A stretch of 52,606 nt of DNA from the NCBI GenBank assembly GCA_964433095.1, contig CAYSPW010000005.1, positions 1-52,606 of the forward strand, written 5' to 3'. The stretch's first letter is position 1. Every line of letters begins with the position of its first letter. The notes beneath the pieces are model-generated. The model was not told where the DNA came from and ran no database searches. It worked only from the letters and a program-made list of their open reading frames with translations. Positions 1 to 11,092 of this stretch are shown here, one piece after another. The stretch comes from an uncultured Gammaproteobacteria bacterium (GTDB lineage: Bacteria > Patescibacteriota > Patescibacteriia > Magasanikbacterales > UBA922). A program made the position numbers and the translations under genes.

Positions 1-805
<805 letters not shown>

Positions 806-912
806 CTGGAGTTATTCTGTCGGAAGGCAGATAATATCCGTCGACTCTACTATATGTAGAGGGATAGTCCTCTGGTTTTTGTCACATTTGTAGTGTGAAC
901 TTTTTTTGAAAA

Positions 913-940
913 AGATTCCCCTTTGTGGGGGAATTTTTTT
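913..940 (+). terminator. Intrinsic terminator after 16S trailer
   Basis: ATTCCCC-(TTTGTG)-GGGGAAT hairpin followed by a T run. Confidence 0.7.
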
Positions 941-941
941 C

Positions 942-971
942 TTGACTTTGGTTCACGGCCTGCGATATAAT
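942..971 (+). promoter_or_regulatory. Sigma70-type promoter for ORF at 1001
   Basis: TTGACT-18 nt-TATAAT. Confidence 0.65.
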
Positions 972-1000
972 TGCAAAGCTAGTCACTTAAAAAAATCAAT

Positions 1001-1525
1001 ATGTCCGACAACTTAGATCGATTTATAGAAATAGCCAAGAAGACAGGGGATACGCTCATTATTCATGATTCGCGCACCGAAGAAAGCATGGTTGTCTTGC
1101 CTTTGGAAGAATACGAAATGTTGGTGGATAATATGCAAGAAGAAGGTTTTTTTGACTTTGATGGAATGGAAGATGAAGATGGAGAACTTGATTTTGAGCA
1201 AGAAATGCCATGGCACAGCACGGCTCAGGTATTGGAAGAGCAATATGACAAACAGTCTGCATCGGTTTTTGAAAGAGAAAAAATCCCTGTTGACAAAAAA
1301 ACCGCGAATCATACCAACGGAAAAACTAAGAGACAAAATAATGAGCAAAAAGGAGATATTACCATGGAAGAATTGGATCAGGCGTCCTGGGAAGGATCCG
1401 TTTCGCCCGCTAATCGGTCTTTTCCCTGCAATGAGCAAAATTTTGATGAAATTGAAAGCAATAACTGGGAAGAGGAACCACTGCCTGATGAAGAACCGAT
1501 ATTTTTGGAAGAACCAATCAATTGA
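1001..1525 (+). CDS. Hypothetical acidic protein; N-terminus resembles a Phd/YefM-like module
   Basis: 174-aa ORF with own promoter; N-terminal 'KKTGDTLIIHD...VVLPLEEYE' pattern, then D/E-rich low-complexity tail. Confidence 0.7.
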   Translation: MSDNLDRFIEIAKKTGDTLIIHDSRTEESMVVLPLEEYEMLVDNMQEEGFFDFDGMEDEDGELDFEQEMPWHSTAQVLEEQYDKQSASVFEREKIPVDKKTANHTNGKTKRQNNEQKGDITMEELDQASWEGSVSPANRSFPCNEQNFDEIESNNWEEEPLPDEEPIFLEEPIN

Positions 1526-1555
1526 TTTTTCCCCAAGTTATCCCAAATATGTCTC

Positions 1556-1584
1556 TTGACGGATTTTGTATATTGATATATAAT
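1556..1584 (+). promoter_or_regulatory. Sigma70 promoter of tuf
   Basis: TTGACG-17 nt-TATAAT. Confidence 0.75.
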
Positions 1585-1716
1585 CAAGGCGCTTAAAAAG
1601 CGTCTCTTTTTTAATATAATTTGAGATTAATTAACTAAAATATAATAAATTAAACACCGCTGGGTTACAAAACTATTCCGACCACTCGGAATTAGTGCGG
1701 TAAATAGTTAACTAGT

Positions 1717-2907
1717 ATGGCAGATTTTCAAAGAACCAAGCCACACGTTAACGTTGGTACCATCGGTCATGTGGATCATGGTAAAACCACACTAACCGCG
1801 GCGATTTTAAAAGTTGCTGAAGCTCATGGTTTGACCGCTCAAACCAAAGGAGTTGACGAGATTGACGCCGCTCCTGAAGAAAAAGAGCGCGGGATTACCA
1901 TCGCCACCGCTCATGTGGAGTATGAGACGGAAAATCGTCACTATGCTCACGTGGATTGTCCGGGACACGCCGATTACGTAAAAAACATGATTACCGGAGC
2001 CGCTCAAATGGATGGAGCTATTCTGGTGGTTTCAGCCGCTGACGGTCCCATGCCTCAGACCAGAGAACATATTTTGCTGGCCAGGCAGGTAGGTGTACCA
2101 CATATTATCGTATTCTTGAACAAAATTGATCAAGTATCGGATCCGGAATTGGTTGATTTGGTGGAAGAAGAAATCAAAGATCTTCTCAAAAAATATGAAT
2201 TCCCCGGAGATACCACTCCCATTATCCGTGGATCAGCCTTGAAGGCACTGGAGAATCCGTCCGATGAAGATGTTTCCAAGCCGATTATGGAGTTGCTAAA
2301 GACCATGGACGAATATATTCCCGAGCCGGTCAGGGATCTGGACAAGGATTTTTTGATGCCGATTGAAGATGTGTTTTCAATCGAAGGTCGTGGTACGGTG
2401 GTAACCGGTCGTATTGAGAGAGGAGTGGTTAAAGTGGGCGAAGAGGTGGAAATTGTCGGCATGGGCGTGGACACGGCCAAGACTACCGTGACCGGCGTAG
2501 AGATGTTCAATAAAAGTCTTGACCAAGGACAGGCCGGAGATAATGCCGGAATTTTGTTGCGCGGCACCAAAAAAGACGAAGTGGAGCGCGGTCAGGTATT
2601 GGCCAAACCGGGCACCATAACTCCGCATACCGAATTTGAGGCCGAAGTGTATGCTTTGACCAAAGAAGAAGGCGGACGTCATAAACCATTTTTCAAAGGT
2701 TACAAACCTCAGTTTTATATCAGAACCACTGATGTTACCGGTGAGGTTACGCTTCCGGAAGGAACCGAAATGGTGATGCCGGGTGACACGGTCAATTTAA
2801 CCATTAAGCTGATTGTTCCGGTAGCCATGGAAGAAAAAATGAGATTTGCTATTCGCGAGGGCGGCCGAACGGTCGGCGCCGGCGTGGTAACAAAGATTAT
2901 TAATTAA
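1717..2907 (+). CDS. tuf: Elongation factor Tu
   Basis: [22 protein letters not shown]-terminal [10 protein letters not shown]. Confidence 0.99.
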   Translation: MADFQRTKPHVNVGTIGHVDHGKTTLTAAILKVAEAHGLTAQTKGVDEIDAAPEEKERGITIATAHVEYETENRHYAHVDCPGHADYVKNMITGAAQMDGAILVVSAADGPMPQTREHILLARQVGVPHIIVFLNKIDQVSDPELVDLVEEEIKDLLKKYEFPGDTTPIIRGSALKALENPSDEDVSKPIMELLKTMDEYIPEPVRDLDKDFLMPIEDVFSIEGRGTVVTGRIERGVVKVGEEVEIVGMGVDTAKTTVTGVEMFNKSLDQGQAGDNAGILLRGTKKDEVERGQVLAKPGTITPHTEFEAEVYALTKEEGGRHKPFFKGYKPQFYIRTTDVTGEVTLPEGTEMVMPGDTVNLTIKLIVPVAMEEKMRFAIREGGRTVGAGVVTKIIN

Positions 2908-2920
2908 AGGACAACAAAAT

Positions 2921-2958
2921 AACCCCTGCGCTCAAGAGGCGCGGGGGTTTGGTTCTTT
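2921..2958 (+). terminator. Hairpin/possible terminator between tuf and rpsJ
   Basis: AACCCCTGCGC...GCGCGGGGGTT GC-rich stem with imperfect T tail. Confidence 0.55.
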
Positions 2959-2978
2959 AAACTTTGTGTTAAATTATT

Positions 2979-3350
2979 ATGACAACAAAGAGTAAAACCG
3001 AAACAATTGACAATGTGAACGTTAAATCGGTTGAAAACAACAGTGGACAGAAAATACGAATAAAAATCAGGGCATATGATCATAAGATAATCGATCAAGC
3101 CACCAAGACGATTATTGAGACGGCCGAAAGAAATAACGCCAAAGTAATCGGACCGGTGCCTTTGCCAACTGAAAAGAACAAATTCAGTGTAAATCGTTCC
3201 ACTTTTGTTCATAAAACTTCATCCGAGCAGTACGAGATGCGCACGCACAAAAGGTTGATTGATATTATTAATCCTTCTCCAAAAGCGGTTGACGCGTTGA
3301 TGAATTTGAATTTGCCGAGCGGTGTGGATGTGGAAATAAAAATGAGCTGA
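2979..3350 (+). CDS. rpsJ: 30S ribosomal protein S10
   Basis: [30 protein letters not shown]; about 20-aa N-terminal extension. Confidence 0.98.
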   Translation: MTTKSKTETIDNVNVKSVENNSGQKIRIKIRAYDHKIIDQATKTIIETAERNNAKVIGPVPLPTEKNKFSVNRSTFVHKTSSEQYEMRTHKRLIDIINPSPKAVDALMNLNLPSGVDVEIKMS

Positions 3351-3369
3351 TTTTTGGACAAGCAATTCC

Positions 3370-3398
3370 TTGACAGCCCTTTTGAAAAGGTATAAGAT
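3370..3398 (+). promoter_or_regulatory. Internal sigma70 promoter upstream of rplC
   Basis: TTGACA-17 nt-TAAGAT. Confidence 0.65.
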
Positions 3399-3404
3399 AT
3401 GGCC

Positions 3405-3655
3405 ACTAATTATTTGCTTAAAATTCAGATAAGATCCTCGGGTTTCACGCGAGTGAAAACATCTGAAGGTTATGGTGAATAAAAAGGGAGTTTTTACCAA
3501 TTTGCGAAAATAATAAGATAAAAACAATATAGCCGACCGTGTAGAGCGGAAAAAGGCTAGAAGGAAATTCTTTAATTGATATTGTGTTCAGTTGGTGTTT
3601 CCTTCTAGTTTTTTTCAATAAAAAAATTGGATTGGCCCAAAAAATAACGCCGAAT
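3405..3655 (+). promoter_or_regulatory. Structured 5' leader/putative attenuator of rplC operon
   Basis: Hairpins at 3441-3460 and 3530-3559, and an 11-bp stem CTAGAAGGAAA/TTTCCTTCTAG followed by T7 (3557-3615). Confidence 0.55.
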
Positions 3656-4645
3656 ATGAGATTTATTCTAGGAACAAAAAAAGAAATGACGCAGGTTTTC
3701 CGCGATGACGGCAAGGTGGTGCCTGTCACCAGAGTCAAAGCCGGACCGTGCGTTATTACACAAGTTAAAATGAACAAAGAAGACGGCAACAGCGCTGTCC
3801 AGGTTGGATTTGGCGAACAGAAAATGTTCCGAATGAGTAAACCGCGGCAGGGCCATTTGAAAAAAGTCATTAAAAACAATATCGGCCCGCGCTATTTACG
3901 ACAAATGAAGATTGAGGATAGTGACAATTTAAATGTTGGCGATGTATTCGCTGTGAACATTTTTCAACCGGGAGAAAAAGTACAGGTAACCGGATACGCA
4001 AAAGGAAAAGGATTTCAAGGAGTAGTCAAAAGACATCGTTTTGCCGGTTCTCCGGCCAGCCATGGACACAAAGATCAGTTGCGCATGCCCGGTTCAATCG
4101 GTGCTACCGATCCGGCCAGAGTTTTCAAAGGCACCAGAATGGCCGGTCATATGGGGGATAATAAAGTGACGGTCAAGAATTTGGAAATTGTACAAGTCAA
4201 TCCGGAAGAAAATGAGTTGCTTGTAAAAGGAGCTTTACCCGGAGCTAGGGGAACGTTGTTGATGATCAGCACGGACGAAGGCGAAATTGAAATCAAGCAA
4301 GAACAAGTTGAAACCAAGGTGCAAACCGAAGAAGACAAACAAAAACCGATTGAAAAAGAAAATACGGCAAAGGAGATTGATGAAAAAAATAATGAAAATA
4401 CTGATGAAGAAGAAGCGGTCAGCAGTGACCAAAGCGGCCAAGTTGATCAAAAAGAATCCAAGGACAAACAGTCCGGAGGACAGATTAATCAAGACAAAAA
4501 AAAGCAGTCACAAGCGGAAAGCATGCAGCGCGAAAGCGGAGAAAGCAAGATTGACAAAAAGCAAGAAAGTAAACAAGAAGTCCATGCCGTTGAAAAAGAT
4601 GATGATAAAAAACCGTCGAAGCAAGAATTAAAGGAAGAAAAATAA
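3656..4645 (+). CDS. rplC: 50S ribosomal protein L3 with long charged C-terminal extension
   Basis: MRFILGTKKEMTQ start, KGKGFQGVVKRH, RMPGSIG, RMAGHMG; start moved to ATG 3656. Confidence 0.97.
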   Translation: MRFILGTKKEMTQVFRDDGKVVPVTRVKAGPCVITQVKMNKEDGNSAVQVGFGEQKMFRMSKPRQGHLKKVIKNNIGPRYLRQMKIEDSDNLNVGDVFAVNIFQPGEKVQVTGYAKGKGFQGVVKRHRFAGSPASHGHKDQLRMPGSIGATDPARVFKGTRMAGHMGDNKVTVKNLEIVQVNPEENELLVKGALPGARGTLLMISTDEGEIEIKQEQVETKVQTEEDKQKPIEKENTAKEIDEKNNENTDEEEAVSSDQSGQVDQKESKDKQSGGQINQDKKKQSQAESMQRESGESKIDKKQESKQEVHAVEKDDDKKPSKQELKEEK

Positions 4646-4646
4646 T

Positions 4647-5288
4647 ATGCCGGAAATTAAGATATACAACCAGAGCGGTGAGAAAGCGGGAAATCAGAAG
4701 CTGAGCGAGTTTGTGTTTGGCTTGGAACCCAAGCAAGAGTTGATTCATCAAGTATATATAGCCGCGATTGGTAACAGAAGAGAGCCGTGGGCTCATGTCA
4801 AAGATAGAAGTGAAGTTAGAGGCGGTGGCAGAAAGCCGTGGCGGCAGAAAGGGACCGGCCGTGCCAGGCACGGTTCTATACGTTCTCCGATTTGGACCGG
4901 CGGCGGAGTGACATTTGGACCGCGCAAAACGCGTAACTTTAAAACCAAGATTAATAAAAAGATTAAAAGTAAAGCTGTAAGAATGTGTTTGTCAGACAAG
5001 GTGGCGGGCAATAATTTTCTGTTGCTGGAGGATTTTTCAGCCGACGGCAAGACTAAAACCATGGTCGAGTTATTGAAGCGACTGCCGATGGACAAGAGAA
5101 ATACTTTGATTTTGGTCAAAGACAAGGACGAAAAACTGGCTTTGTCCATTAGAAATTTGAATTGGGTTGGTATTAAGCGAGCTATTGACTTGAATGTGGT
5201 GGATCTGTTGCTCAGTCGATATATTCTGGCTGACAAGAACGCGGTACTGGCTTTGGAAAATCGTTTTGAGAAAAAAGATAAAAAATAA
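4647..5288 (+). CDS. rplD: 50S ribosomal protein L4
   Basis: RSEVRGGGRKPWRQKGTGRARHGSIRSP. Confidence 0.98.
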   Translation: MPEIKIYNQSGEKAGNQKLSEFVFGLEPKQELIHQVYIAAIGNRREPWAHVKDRSEVRGGGRKPWRQKGTGRARHGSIRSPIWTGGGVTFGPRKTRNFKTKINKKIKSKAVRMCLSDKVAGNNFLLLEDFSADGKTKTMVELLKRLPMDKRNTLILVKDKDEKLALSIRNLNWVGIKRAIDLNVVDLLLSRYILADKNAVLALENRFEKKDKK

Positions 5289-5292
5289 AAAT

Positions 5293-5754
5293 ATGGGATT
5301 ATTGGATAAATGGAAAAAAAGAGGCAAGGAAAAGCAGCTGAAAGCGGTTGAAAAGTCGGCTGAGCCTGTTGAATTGAAAAAAGAACAGAGTGCTAAAAAA
5401 ACGCCGAAAAAAAATATCAAGCCAAAAAAGAGCAAAAAAACCGTGAAAGCGGTTAAAAAAGACGCACAAGGATCGGCCTATAGGGTTTTGGTCAGACCGG
5501 TAGTAAGCGAGAAAGCGGCCGGAGCGGAAGCAAGCGGCGTTTATACTTTCGTGGTGGACAAAGACGCCGGCAAAACACAGATCAGCCGGGCTGTGGAACA
5601 GGTTTACGGCGTGGCTCCGCAAAAAGTGCGGATTGTTAACATGCAGGGCAAGACGGTCAGATTCGGGCGACAAGTCGGCAGAAGAAGCGATTGGAAAAAA
5701 GCGATGGTGACCCTGCCGCGGGGACAAAGCATAAATATTCATGAAGGGGTATAA
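5293..5754 (+). CDS. rplW: 50S ribosomal protein L23 with Lys-rich N-terminal extension
   Basis: RPVVSEKA, YTFVV, WKKAMVTL; ATG at 5293. Confidence 0.95.
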   Translation: MGLLDKWKKRGKEKQLKAVEKSAEPVELKKEQSAKKTPKKNIKPKKSKKTVKAVKKDAQGSAYRVLVRPVVSEKAAGAEASGVYTFVVDKDAGKTQISRAVEQVYGVAPQKVRIVNMQGKTVRFGRQVGRRSDWKKAMVTLPRGQSINIHEGV

Positions 5755-5791
5755 TCAATTTTCACACCGGAATAAAGAAGTTAAAAAGACT

Positions 5792-6643
5792 ATGGCAGTA
5801 AAAAAATACAAACCGACAACTCCCGGACGCCGCAAAGCCAGTGTGGAAGATTTTTCTAATATCACAAAAAAAAGACCGGACAGGTCATTGGTGAGACCTT
5901 TGCCAAAAAAAGCCGGGCGCAACAACAGTGGCAAAATTACTGTCAGACATCGCGGCGGCGGAGTAAAGAGATTGTACCGATTAGTGGACTTCAAGAGAGA
6001 AAATTTTGACCGGCCGGCCGAAGTTAAATCAATTGAATATGATCCAAACCGCGGTCCGCGTGTTGCTTTAGTGGAATATGAAAACAATAGGAAAGCATAT
6101 ATTCTGGCGCCCGAAGGCATTAAAGCTGGTGACAAGGTAATGTCTTCCAAAAACAAGATTGAAGCGCAAATCGGCTGGCGCATGCCGCTCAAGCATATTC
6201 CGGTCGGCATGTTCGTGTATAATATTGAATTGACTCCGGGCAAAGGCGGCCAAATAGTGAGAGGTGCCGGCGCGGGCGCGCAGTTGCAAGTATTGGAAGG
6301 TAAATATGCTCAATTGAAGCTGCCGTCCGGAGAAGTGAGATTGGTGAACAAAGAATGCATGGCCACCGTAGGAAAAGTGGGAAATCCGGATTACAAGCTG
6401 ATAAGGCTGGGTAAAGCCGGCAGAAGAAGACTGCTAGGTTGGCGACCGACGGTTAAGGGTAAGAGCATGAATCCTGTGGATCATCCGCACGGCGGCGGTG
6501 AAGGTCATTCACCGATCGGGTTACGTGGCGGACCTAAAACCAAATGGGGCAAAAAAGCGCTTGGAGTAAAAACAAGAAACAAGAAGAAGTGGAGCAATAA
6601 ATTCATTTTATCCCCGCGAAAAAAGAAGAAAAAAAGTAAATAA
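5792..6643 (+). CDS. rplB: 50S ribosomal protein L2
   Basis: [36 protein letters not shown]. Confidence 0.99.
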   Translation: MAVKKYKPTTPGRRKASVEDFSNITKKRPDRSLVRPLPKKAGRNNSGKITVRHRGGGVKRLYRLVDFKRENFDRPAEVKSIEYDPNRGPRVALVEYENNRKAYILAPEGIKAGDKVMSSKNKIEAQIGWRMPLKHIPVGMFVYNIELTPGKGGQIVRGAGAGAQLQVLEGKYAQLKLPSGEVRLVNKECMATVGKVGNPDYKLIRLGKAGRRRLLGWRPTVKGKSMNPVDHPHGGGEGHSPIGLRGGPKTKWGKKALGVKTRNKKKWSNKFILSPRKKKKKSK

Positions 6644-6648
6644 ATATT

Positions 6649-6933
6649 ATGTCAAGAAGTTTAAAAAAAGGGCCCTTTGTTGATGAAAAATTGATGAAAA
6701 AAGTTAAAAAAGCGGCTGATTCCGGAGATCGCAAGCCGATCAAAACATGGGCGAGAGCCAGTACAATCACGCCTAAGATGGTAGGAATGACTTTTTTAGT
6801 GCATAATGGAAAGGATTTTATCAACGTATTCGTGGAAGAAAACATGGTCGGCCATAAACTGGGAGAATTTTCTCCGACCAGAAAGTTTGTCGGACACGGC
6901 GGAAAAATGGCCAAAGAGCAGTCCAAAGAGTAA
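6649..6933 (+). CDS. rpsS: 30S ribosomal protein S19
   Basis: [25 protein letters not shown]. Confidence 0.99.
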   Translation: MSRSLKKGPFVDEKLMKKVKKAADSGDRKPIKTWARASTITPKMVGMTFLVHNGKDFINVFVEENMVGHKLGEFSPTRKFVGHGGKMAKEQSKE

Positions 6934-6938
6934 AAAAT

Positions 6939-7520
6939 ATGAAGACGCAGACCAAAGCAAAATTGAGATATTTGAGAATGGGGCCGCGTAAGGTGCGCTT
7001 GCTGGTTGATATTATTCGCGGCATGAAGGTGGCCGAGGCCAGAATACAGCTTGCCTTTTCTAAGAAAAATGCGGCCAGGCCGTTGTTGAAGCTGCTTGAA
7101 TCAGCCGTGGCCAATGCCAAGCATAACCATGAAATGATCGAAGACGGTTTGATTATTAAGGAAGCGTTTGTGGACGGCGGTCCGGTATTGAAGCGCTGGA
7201 TGCCAAGAGCAATGGGCAGGGCCACTCCAATCAGAAAGAGAACTTCGCACGTTACTTTGGTTTTGGAAGGGGAGATCAATAAAAAGGCTGAAAAGGTAAA
7301 AAAAGACAAGAACAAGGACAAGAGCAAGAAAGAAAAAAAATCCGCAGAGGGTAAAAGCGGCAAAGAAAGCGTTTCGGACAACAAAGAGGCAAAAAAAATT
7401 CGGCCGGACGCGGAACAGCAAACAAAGCGAGATGATACCGCAAAAAGACGATCGGAAAAGAAAGCAAAAAAAGGTAAAAAAGACGGTAAAAAGAAAATAG
7501 ATAAAAAAGAGGATAAATAA
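6939..7520 (+). CDS. rplV: 50S ribosomal protein L22 with Lys-rich C-terminal extension
   Basis: PRKVRLLVD, LLESAVANA, PRAMGRA..IRKRTSH. Confidence 0.97.
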   Translation: MKTQTKAKLRYLRMGPRKVRLLVDIIRGMKVAEARIQLAFSKKNAARPLLKLLESAVANAKHNHEMIEDGLIIKEAFVDGGPVLKRWMPRAMGRATPIRKRTSHVTLVLEGEINKKAEKVKKDKNKDKSKKEKKSAEGKSGKESVSDNKEAKKIRPDAEQQTKRDDTAKRRSEKKAKKGKKDGKKKIDKKEDK

Positions 7521-7527
7521 ATATATT

Positions 7528-8220
7528 ATGGGACATAAAGTACATCCGAAAATTCACAGAATGCAGGTAATATATTCTTGGGATTCAAAATGGTTTTCCA
7601 AAGATAAATATGCCAAGTATGCCAAGCAGGATATTCATATCCGTGAATTTTTGATGAAAAAATTCAAGGATGCGCATATAGATGCTATCGGCATTGAAAG
7701 AGGTCCCAAGAACATGAAGATAACCATATACGCGGCCAAACCAGGGTTTATCATCGGCCGCGGCGGGCAGGGATTGGAAATGGTGCGCAAGCATATTGAA
7801 AGAAAGTTTTTACAGATGTCGCTTAAGGTAAAATTAAACATTAAAGAGGTAAAATCACCATCTACTTCCGCGGCCGTGGTGGCGCAGAGTTTGGCATCTG
7901 AAATTGAAAGAAGAATTCCTTTCAGAAGAGTGATGAAGCAAGGAATTGATCGAGTGATGAAAGCGGGGGCCAAGGGAGTGAAAATTATGATGTCCGGGCG
8001 TCTGAACGGTGTGGAAATCGCCCGTACGGAAGTACTGTCCGCCGGCACCGTGCCTTTGATTACTTTGAGAAGCGACGTTGATTACGCTTTCGTTGAAGCG
8101 TACACTATTTACGGAAAGATAGGCATTAAAGTTTGGATTTGCCAGGGAGAAGTATTTGGCAGAAAAGATAAGTTTGGCGATAACGAAGAAACTAATACAA
8201 AAAAAAAGAAAAGCAAATAA
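7528..8220 (+). CDS. rpsC: 30S ribosomal protein S3
   Basis: MGHKVHP, KPGFIIGRGG, SGRLNGVEIARTE, YGKIGIKVWI. Confidence 0.99.
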   Translation: MGHKVHPKIHRMQVIYSWDSKWFSKDKYAKYAKQDIHIREFLMKKFKDAHIDAIGIERGPKNMKITIYAAKPGFIIGRGGQGLEMVRKHIERKFLQMSLKVKLNIKEVKSPSTSAAVVAQSLASEIERRIPFRRVMKQGIDRVMKAGAKGVKIMMSGRLNGVEIARTEVLSAGTVPLITLRSDVDYAFVEAYTIYGKIGIKVWICQGEVFGRKDKFGDNEETNTKKKKSK

Positions 8221-8223
8221 AGT

Positions 8224-8637
8224 ATGCTGATACCAAAGAAAGTAAAACACAGAAAATGGCATAAACCCCGCCGATCAAACACCGGCGTGGCCACCCGCAC
8301 CAATAGCGTGGATTTCGGCACTTACGGTATTTGCGCGCAGTCCCACGGTTGGCTCAGCTCCAGACAGATTGAAGCGGCGAGAAGAGTGATGACCAGATAT
8401 GTCAGGCGCGGTGGAAAAATATGGATTCGCGTATTTCCGGATAGGCCGGTTACCAGAAAAGGAAATGAACTGCCCATGGGCGGAGGTAAAGGCGCTCCGG
8501 ATCATTATGTTTGCACGGTCAAGCCGGGAATGGTATTGTTTGAAATGGCCGGAATTACGGAAGAAAAGGCCAGAGCAGCGATGATTTCGGCCGGTCATAA
8601 GCTGCCGGTTAAAATAAAGTTCGTCACTAAGAATTAA
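8224..8637 (+). CDS. rplP: 50S ribosomal protein L16
   Basis: RQIEAARR, GKIWIRVFPD, MGGGKG. Confidence 0.99.
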   Translation: MLIPKKVKHRKWHKPRRSNTGVATRTNSVDFGTYGICAQSHGWLSSRQIEAARRVMTRYVRRGGKIWIRVFPDRPVTRKGNELPMGGGKGAPDHYVCTVKPGMVLFEMAGITEEKARAAMISAGHKLPVKIKFVTKN

Positions 8638-8646
8638 TTTTGCGCT

Positions 8647-8883
8647 ATGGATTTTGATGAGTTGAAATACAAAACCGAAAAAGAATTGCGCGGCTTGCTG
8701 GCCGAAAAAAGAGATTTGGCGCGCGAGTTGAGATTTAAAGCCAGCGAAAGACAGCTGAAGGACGCTAGCAAGATCAAGCGGGTCAGAAAAGACGTGGCCA
8801 GAATTTTAACCATGCTTGAGATGAGAAAGAGCGGACATGCCAAGCAGGTTAAGGTGGAGCAAGAAGAGAAAATAACCAAGTAA
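8647..8883 (+). CDS. rpmC: 50S ribosomal protein L29
   Basis: ELRFK...IKRVRKDVARILT; position in S10 cluster. Confidence 0.95.
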   Translation: MDFDELKYKTEKELRGLLAEKRDLARELRFKASERQLKDASKIKRVRKDVARILTMLEMRKSGHAKQVKVEQEEKITK

Positions 8884-8884
8884 T

Positions 8885-9169
8885 ATGGATAAAAAAAATA
8901 ATAACGACAAAGAAAAAAAGACAGTAATCAGTCGGCAATTTACCGGGGAAGTTACCAGTGACAATGAAAACAAGACTATACATGTCTCGGTAGGCGTGTT
9001 GAAAGTGCACCCCAAATACAAAAAGCAGTACCGAATAAACAAAAAATACGCGGTTCATGATGAAAAGGAACAGGCCAAAACGGGAGATAAGGTTGTGTTT
9101 AGGGAATGCCGGCCGCTAAGCAGGACAAAAAGATGGCGCCTGGTCAAAGTGATTGAAAAAGCATCTTAA
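8885..9169 (+). CDS. rpsQ: 30S ribosomal protein S17
   Basis: [21 protein letters not shown]. Confidence 0.98.
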   Translation: MDKKNNNDKEKKTVISRQFTGEVTSDNENKTIHVSVGVLKVHPKYKKQYRINKKYAVHDEKEQAKTGDKVVFRECRPLSRTKRWRLVKVIEKAS

Positions 9170-9183
9170 TTAAAAAATTAGAT

Positions 9184-9555
9184 ATGATTCAGCATAGATC
9201 GATATTAAAAGTTGCAGACAATAGCGGAGCTAAAAAACTCATGTGTATTAGAGTTTTAGGTGGATACAAAAAAAGATACGCCAAGATCGGAGACGTGGTG
9301 ACTTGTTCCGTTAAGGAAGCCGTTCCGCGCGGGACGGTGAAAAAAGGCGAAGTGGTAAGAGCGGTAATTGTCAGAACCAAGAAAGAAACCAGGCGGCCGG
9401 ACGGTACGTATATCAGGTTTGATGAAAACGCGGCTGTAATAATAGACAAGGACAGTAGAGAGCTTAAGGGCACTCGTATATTCGGGCCGGTGGCCAGGGA
9501 ACTAAGAGCAAAAAATTTCAGAAAAATCGTATCGCTGGCTCCGGAAGTGCTTTAA
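9184..9555 (+). CDS. rplN: 50S ribosomal protein L14
   Basis: [24 protein letters not shown]. Confidence 0.99.
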   Translation: MIQHRSILKVADNSGAKKLMCIRVLGGYKKRYAKIGDVVTCSVKEAVPRGTVKKGEVVRAVIVRTKKETRRPDGTYIRFDENAAVIIDKDSRELKGTRIFGPVARELRAKNFRKIVSLAPEVL

Positions 9556-9583
9556 TAATTAACAATCAGGCAAAATCTGAAAT

Positions 9584-9904
9584 ATGAAGATTAAAACAGG
9601 CGACAATGTAAAAGTATTAATAGGTAAAGACCGCGGTAAGACCGGCAAGGTTATTCAGGTTATTGCTGACAAAAAAAGTAATCAGGTTTTTGTAGTGGTT
9701 GAAGGAATCAACAAATTAAAAAAGCACATGAAGGGCGGTCGTTCCGGAGAAAAAGGACAAATTATTGAATTGCCGGCGCCGATACACGTTTCCAATGTGA
9801 TGTTGATAGAACCGAAAACAAATCAAGCCACTCGTGTCGGATATAAAAAAGAGGGCAAGGATAAAAAAAGACTTTCCAAAAGGAACGGGGAAATAATTGA
9901 TTAA
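9584..9904 (+). CDS. rplX: 50S ribosomal protein L24
   Basis: KTGDNVKVLIGKDRGKTG KOW motif, APIHVSNV. Confidence 0.98.
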   Translation: MKIKTGDNVKVLIGKDRGKTGKVIQVIADKKSNQVFVVVEGINKLKKHMKGGRSGEKGQIIELPAPIHVSNVMLIEPKTNQATRVGYKKEGKDKKRLSKRNGEIID

Positions 9905-9914
9905 TAGAGCGATT

Positions 9915-10460
9915 ATGAAATCAAGATTATTTGAGAAATACAAAGAAAAAGTGACTCCGGCTTTGCGGGAAGAGTTTGATTACAAAAATATGATGCGGGT
10001 TCCCAGACTGGAAAAAGTTGTAGTCAATGTCGGCTATGGCCGTCATGCTAAAGATAAAGCATACATTGAAAATGTGGAAAAAACGCTGGAGTTGATTACC
10101 GGCCAAAGACCGATCCGCAAAAAGGCGAAAAAGTCAATTTCAAATTTCAAAATCAGACAAGGAGACGAAGTCGGTTCTTCGGTCACTTTGCGCGGCAAGA
10201 AAATGTATGATTTTTTGGATAAACTGATCAGCGTGACTCTGCCTCGCGTGAGAGATTTCAGAGGTATAAATCCGAACAGTTTTGATAAGCAAGGCAACTA
10301 CACCATCGGCTTTAAAGAGAATTTGGCCTTTCCGGAGATTAACGTGGACGCGGTGGAAAACGTGCATGGATTGGAAGTGGTGATTTGCACTACCGCACAA
10401 AGCAAGGAAGAAGCTATGCCGTTACTGGAAAAGCTTGGGTTCCCTTTTAGAAAAAAATAA
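9915..10460 (+). CDS. rplE: 50S ribosomal protein L5
   Basis: VPRLEKVVVNVG, LPRVRDFRG, GFPF. Confidence 0.98.
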   Translation: MKSRLFEKYKEKVTPALREEFDYKNMMRVPRLEKVVVNVGYGRHAKDKAYIENVEKTLELITGQRPIRKKAKKSISNFKIRQGDEVGSSVTLRGKKMYDFLDKLISVTLPRVRDFRGINPNSFDKQGNYTIGFKENLAFPEINVDAVENVHGLEVVICTTAQSKEEAMPLLEKLGFPFRKK

Positions 10461-10471
10461 CTTAACTATTT

Positions 10472-10657
10472 ATGGCTACCAAGGCACAAATTGAAAAATC
10501 AAAAAGAAAACCAAAATATTCCACCCGAATTGTTAGACGATGCTGGAGATGCGGACGCAAGAGAGGTTTCATACGCAAATTCGGACTGTGTCGAATTTGT
10601 TTCAGAGAGCTGGCCAATCAGGGAAAGCTGCCCGGAGTAAGAAAGTCCAGTTGGTAA
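10472..10657 (+). CDS. rpsN: 30S ribosomal protein S14, zinc-binding (type Z)
   Basis: CWRCGR...LCRICFRE, 61 aa. Confidence 0.98.
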   Translation: MATKAQIEKSKRKPKYSTRIVRRCWRCGRKRGFIRKFGLCRICFRELANQGKLPGVRKSSW

Positions 10658-10687
10658 ATATATTTAAAAGATAAAATAATCAAAATT

Positions 10688-11080
10688 ATGATGACCGATC
10701 CAATAGCTGACATGTTAACACGCATTAGAAACGCTCAGGCTGTGCGCAAGTCTTCGGTTGCGGTGCCTTTTTCCAAATTAAAGAAAAATATTGCCGATAT
10801 TTTAAGTGAACAAGGCTATGTGGGCAAAGTGGAAAGAAAGGAACAAAAACCGCAGAATATTTTGGTTATAAGGCTTAAATATAATGGAAAAAAACCTGCT
10901 ATTTCATATATTCAGCGCGAAAGCAAGCCGGGACATAGGATTTACGCCGGGGCCGATCAAGTGCCGAAAGTGTTGAACGGCTACGGGATTACCATATTAT
11001 CTACTTCGCGTGGCCTTATGACCGGCAGACAAGCCGAAAAACAAGGCATTGGCGGGGAAGTGATTTGTTCGCTTTATTAA
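10688..11080 (+). CDS. rpsH: 30S ribosomal protein S8
   Basis: TDPIADMLTRIRNA, STSRGLMT, GGEVIC. Confidence 0.99.
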   Translation: MMTDPIADMLTRIRNAQAVRKSSVAVPFSKLKKNIADILSEQGYVGKVERKEQKPQNILVIRLKYNGKKPAISYIQRESKPGHRIYAGADQVPKVLNGYGITILSTSRGLMTGRQAEKQGIGGEVICSLY

Positions 11081-11092
11081 CTAATTTATCAT

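Noticed and set aside
3584-3655. Longer rplC start; likewise upstream starts for rplW (5194), rplB (5741) and rplE (9897)
   Set aside because: The extensions overlap RNA structure or upstream genes and lack homology; downstream ATGs match family starts
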